Below are positions 60,206-64,000 of a DNA stretch of 64,000 bases, piece after piece; position 1 is the first letter of the stretch; each line of letters starts with the position of its first letter. The position numbers were made by a program, and so were the translations under genes. Location: NCBI GenBank assembly GCA_946534285.1, contig CAMNCJ010000007.1, forward strand, positions 23,219 to 87,218. The letters run 5' to 3'. The notes beneath the pieces are model-generated. The model saw only the letters and a list, made by a program, of their open reading frames with translations, was not told the DNA's origin and did no database searches. This DNA is from an uncultured Prevotella sp. Its GTDB lineage: Bacteria > Bacteroidota > Bacteroidia > Bacteroidales > Bacteroidaceae.

Positions 60206-61342
60206 ATGTCAAAACAAAATAAGAGACTCAAAACGATTGTATTCCTGTTGCTGCTAACGAGTTTGAAAATGGTAGCACAGGACCTGCCCACCGACGGACC
60301 ACTGACCATACGGCCGCTTCTGCAACAATTGGGAAACAAATTGCTCAAAGGGAAGAAAGGCAGTATTGTGGCGATACGGCCACAAACGGGAGAAGTGATC
60401 TGCTTGGCAACGAATTCTCCAGAAGGATATAATCTGAATCTGGCCGTGGCAACTCCCTATGCACCAGGATCTACATTCAAAACGGCCCAGGCGCTCACTC
60501 TCCTTTCTGAAGGAATCATCACCCCCGAGATGACAATCCCATGCACCAACGGATTTACCGATGGAAATATCCACGTGGGATGTCACCAGCATGCCTCGCC
60601 TCTCAACCTGCAGAGGGCGCTTGCCATCTCGTGTAACACATGGTTTCTGATGACTTTCATGCAGATGATCAACGATACTTTCGTGTATGAAGACAAGGAA
60701 GAGGCCATCACCGTATGGAACGAATACATGCGAAGCATGGGACTTGGAGGCTCACTGGGTACGGACATCCCCGGCGAAAAGGGCGGTCTGCTGGCCAATA
60801 AGAACTATCTGAACCGCCGTTATAAAGACGGCTGGGACGGAAAAACCATCATGTGGGCAGGAATGGGACAAGGCGACGTAACGCTCACACCCCTCCAACT
60901 GTGCAATCTGGCTGCGAGCATCGCCAACAGGGGACACTACTACGTGCCACATATCCACCAAGCGACGGCAGAACATCCTCTTCCCCAGCGCTTTTTAACA
61001 CCCAAAAAGACGAAAGTAGAGCCCAGTGCCTATGCGCCAGTTGTGTCTGGCATGCGGCTTGCAGTGAAAAACGGAACTTGCTCAAGTATCAATACGCCGG
61101 CATATCCTATATGCGGGAAAACAGGAACGGTGGAAAATCCAGGCAAAGACCACTCTGCATTCATCGGCTTTGCTCCCATGGACAACCCTCAGATAGCCAT
61201 TGCCGTTTTCATTGAGCACGGCGGATTCGGTGCAGACCTGGCTGCCCCCATCGCCTCGCTCATCATTGAGGAGTATTTGAAAGGGTATTTGTCGCAACCG
61301 TCGCAGGCACTCGCCAAGCGGATTGAGGCAAAACGCACCTGA
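60206..61342 (+). CDS. Penicillin-binding protein, transpeptidase domain only (PBP2/MrdA-like), with signal peptide
   Basis: STFK (SxxK), SCN (SxN), KTG; GQG...TPLQ; -7 box at 60173-60180. Confidence 0.88.
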   Translation: MSKQNKRLKTIVFLLLLTSLKMVAQDLPTDGPLTIRPLLQQLGNKLLKGKKGSIVAIRPQTGEVICLATNSPEGYNLNLAVATPYAPGSTFKTAQALTLLSEGIITPEMTIPCTNGFTDGNIHVGCHQHASPLNLQRALAISCNTWFLMTFMQMINDTFVYEDKEEAITVWNEYMRSMGLGGSLGTDIPGEKGGLLANKNYLNRRYKDGWDGKTIMWAGMGQGDVTLTPLQLCNLAASIANRGHYYVPHIHQATAEHPLPQRFLTPKKTKVEPSAYAPVVSGMRLAVKNGTCSSINTPAYPICGKTGTVENPGKDHSAFIGFAPMDNPQIAIAVFIEHGGFGADLAAPIASLIIEEYLKGYLSQPSQALAKRIEAKRT

Positions 61343-61383
61343 CATACATACTGCATCCATCAACAAGACACGCTTACACCTAT

Positions 61384-63906
61384 ATGATATATCCGAAGAC
61401 TTTTGAACAGAAAATAGGATTCAACGAGATTCGCACACTGCTGAAGGAGAAATGCATGAGCACCTTGGGGAAAGAACAGGTGACACAAATGGCTTTCAGT
61501 CACGATGCGGCGACCATTCAAGAATGGCTGCAACAAACCCGCGACTTCAGGCGGCTGCAAGAGGAAACGGATGATTTCCCCATGCAATACTTCTTCGACG
61601 TGAGGGAGTCAGTGGCAAGACTGCGGCTGGAAGGTACCCACATGGAGGAGGACGAACTGTTCGACCTGCGCCGTTCATTGGAAACCATCCACCGTATGGT
61701 GATGTATCTGCGACGAGAACCTGAAACACCGGCCTACCCTTCTCTGTTCAAACTGACAGAAGAGATTATCACATTCCCACAACTGATACAGCGCATCGAC
61801 CAGATTCTCGACAAATTCGGAAAGATAAAAGACTCCGCCTCAACAGAATTGGGGAATATCAGACGCGAACTGGCTAAGACAGAAGGCAGCATATCACGCA
61901 CACTTTACAGCATTCTGAGAGCAGCGCAGAGCGAAGGCGTGGTGGAAAAAGACGTGAACCCCACTATCCGCGACGGCCGTCTGGTGATTCCCATCGCCCC
62001 AGGACTCAAGCGAAAGATAAAAGGAATTATACACGACGAGTCTGCCAGCGGCAAAACGGTATTCATAGAACCCACCGAAGTGGTTGAAGCCAACAACCGC
62101 ATCCGCGAACTGGAGGCAGAAGAGCGGCGCGAGATTATCAGGATTCTCACGGAATTCTCCAAGGAAGTGAGACCACATATCCACGATATTCTCAACTCCT
62201 ATCTGTTCCTGGCAAAAATAGACTTCATCCATGCCAAGGCGGAACTTGCCCAAAGCATGAACGGAATAGAACCTGAGGTGCATTCATACCCCTATATCGA
62301 CTGGATTCAGGCTGTGCACCCACTGCTGCAAATGTCGTTGGAAAAGCAGGGAAAGCGCATTGTTCCGCTTGACATCATGCTCACCCGAGAGAAGCGGATC
62401 CTGATTATTTCCGGCCCAAATGCAGGAGGAAAGTCTGTATGCCTGAAGACAACCGGTCTGCTACAGTATATGATTCAGTGCGGACTCTCAGTGCCGATGA
62501 GCGAGCGAAGCAAAACGGGTATTTTCCAAAATATTCTGATTGACATCGGCGACGAGCAAAGCATAGAGAATGACCTGAGCACCTACTCAAGCCATCTGCT
62601 GAACATGAAGAACATGATCAAGGCTGCCGACGCACAAACCCTGATACTGATTGACGAATTCGGCACAGGAACGGAACCGCTTATCGGCGGAGCCATTGCC
62701 GAAAGTGTGCTCATGCAGTTCTGCAAGCGCATGGCCTGGGGTGTCATCACCACACACTACCAGAATCTGAAGCACTTTGCCGACAAGAACCAGGGCGTGA
62801 TAAACGGTGCCATGCTCTACGACCGCAACGAGATGCGAGCGCTTTTCCAACTGCAAATCGGGCAACCAGGCTCATCGTTTGCCATCGAGATAGCCCGCAA
62901 GATAGGACTTCCCGAAGAGGTCATCCGCAATGCCAGCGACATCGTGGGAAGCGACTACATTCAAAGCGACAAATATCTTCAGGACATTGTACGTGACAAA
63001 CGATACTGGGAAAGCAAGCGGCAGAGCATCCACCAGCATGAGAAACAAATGCAGCAAACCATTGCCCGCTATGAGGAAGAGGTGAAAGAGGTGGAACGCC
63101 AGCGCAAGGAAATACTGAGACGCGCCAAGGAACAGGCAGAGGAACTGCTGCGCGAGAGCAACAAGAAGATTGAAAACACCATTCGTGAAATCAAAGAAAG
63201 TCAGGCGGCAAAGGAAGAAACACGCCGGATACGTGAGGAACTGAACACTTTCAGACAGGAAATTGAGGAGGTGGATGCCAGTGCCAACGACGAAATGATA
63301 GCACGAAAGATACGCCAGATACAGCAGCGCAAGGAAAGGAAGGAGAAAAAGAAACGGGAGAAAGCCGCCACTACAGCGGCACAACAGTCTGCCAACAGCA
63401 CACCGCAAACGACCAGCGGCACACATGAAGATAAAGCCCCGTCGCTCACCGTGGGCTCTATCGTGCGCATCAAAGGCCTAACAACCATTGGGGAAATAGA
63501 GTCTACAGACGGTAAAATGGCAACCGTTATCTTCGGAGATATGCGCACTAAGATGCGCATAGAGAGACTGGAACCCGCCACCCAGCCCAAGAAAGAGGAA
63601 AAACATGCATACGTGGAGGTCAGCAGAGAGACACGCGAGACGATAGACAACCGTAGACTGCACTTCAAGCAAGACCTCGACGTGCGTGGCATGCGCGGCG
63701 ATGAAGCCGTCAATGCCGTTACCTATTTCATCGATGATGCCATCTTGGTGGGCATGAGCCGCGTCAGGATTCTTCACGGAACAGGAAGCGGAATCCTTCG
63801 CCAACTCATCAGACAATACCTCTCTACCGTTCCCAACGTTCAGAGTTATCATGACGAACATGTACAGTTTGGTGGTGCTGGAATCACCGTCATAGACTTG
63901 GAATGA
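61384..63906 (+). CDS. mutS2: Endonuclease MutS2 (ATPase + Smr domain)
   Basis: ISGPNAGGKS, DIGDEQSI...LSTYSSH, DEFGTGT, LDVRGMR...HGTGSGILR. Confidence 0.96.
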   Translation: MIYPKTFEQKIGFNEIRTLLKEKCMSTLGKEQVTQMAFSHDAATIQEWLQQTRDFRRLQEETDDFPMQYFFDVRESVARLRLEGTHMEEDELFDLRRSLETIHRMVMYLRREPETPAYPSLFKLTEEIITFPQLIQRIDQILDKFGKIKDSASTELGNIRRELAKTEGSISRTLYSILRAAQSEGVVEKDVNPTIRDGRLVIPIAPGLKRKIKGIIHDESASGKTVFIEPTEVVEANNRIRELEAEERREIIRILTEFSKEVRPHIHDILNSYLFLAKIDFIHAKAELAQSMNGIEPEVHSYPYIDWIQAVHPLLQMSLEKQGKRIVPLDIMLTREKRILIISGPNAGGKSVCLKTTGLLQYMIQCGLSVPMSERSKTGIFQNILIDIGDEQSIENDLSTYSSHLLNMKNMIKAADAQTLILIDEFGTGTEPLIGGAIAESVLMQFCKRMAWGVITTHYQNLKHFADKNQGVINGAMLYDRNEMRALFQLQIGQPGSSFAIEIARKIGLPEEVIRNASDIVGSDYIQSDKYLQDIVRDKRYWESKRQSIHQHEKQMQQTIARYEEEVKEVERQRKEILRRAKEQAEELLRESNKKIENTIREIKESQAAKEETRRIREELNTFRQEIEEVDASANDEMIARKIRQIQQRKERKEKKKREKAATTAAQQSANSTPQTTSGTHEDKAPSLTVGSIVRIKGLTTIGEIESTDGKMATVIFGDMRTKMRIERLEPATQPKKEEKHAYVEVSRETRETIDNRRLHFKQDLDVRGMRGDEAVNAVTYFIDDAILVGMSRVRILHGTGSGILRQLIRQYLSTVPNVQSYHDEHVQFGGAGITVIDLE

Positions 63907-64000
63907 GAAAACTGAAATGAAAAAGACTGCGGGGGAAGAAAACCGGAATCTGTTTTTACAAAGGAAGCGTGGGCAAATCGCTTATTTAATAATATAGGTT

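Noticed and set aside
60206-61342. Class D (OXA) beta-lactamase call based on STFK/KTG
   Set aside because: The second motif is SCN and the GQG..TPLQ and FAP...P.IA blocks are PBP2-type; the length exceeds typical OXA enzymes.

Overview
Bacteroidota chromosome segment, most likely Prevotella-like. Most operon starts carry the Bacteroidota TAnnTTTG -7 promoter box, and the housekeeping gene set and order fit. Layout: (1) 1-12.2 kb, an AT-rich minus-strand surface-polymer operon that runs off the left edge. The visible part has no glycosyltransferase but has 4 ATP-grasp ligases, 3 CapA-type metallophosphoesterases, GNAT and hexapeptide acyltransferases, a Wzx flippase, a lysine-ketoglutarate-reductase-like enzyme and a cytidylyltransferase. 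(2) 12.7-17.7 kb, a repeat-rich plus-strand unit with a plant-type galacturonokinase-like GHMP kinase, a sugar-1-P nucleotidyltransferase, a GxxExxY nuclease-fold gene among 9-nt-period palindromic repeats, and a UDP-glucuronate 4-epimerase. (3) wza-wzc-wzb, kdsA-kdsD-cls, TPR protein, substrate-binding protein, radA, ridA, queC, pgk. (4) Methylmalonyl-CoA mutase divergent from an AAE transporter and Na+-pumping decarboxylase subunits. (5) A LuxR pair, rny-zapA, and rfbA-wzc2-HAD. (6) 50.9-59 kb, a second Wzy-type polysaccharide operon, preceded by a tandem hairpin-repeat array that contains a MITE-like insert. (7) A stand-alone PBP transpeptidase and mutS2. Best candidates for an undescribed system: a bacterial galacturonate salvage route (GalA -> GalA-1-P -> UDP-GalA <-> UDP-GlcA) beside an operon that looks built to decorate the polymer with amino acids or opines, and the GxxExxY/palindromic-repeat element family. 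Family assignments come from motif recognition and recalled sequences; no database search or computation was run. No tRNA, rRNA or CRISPR array was seen.
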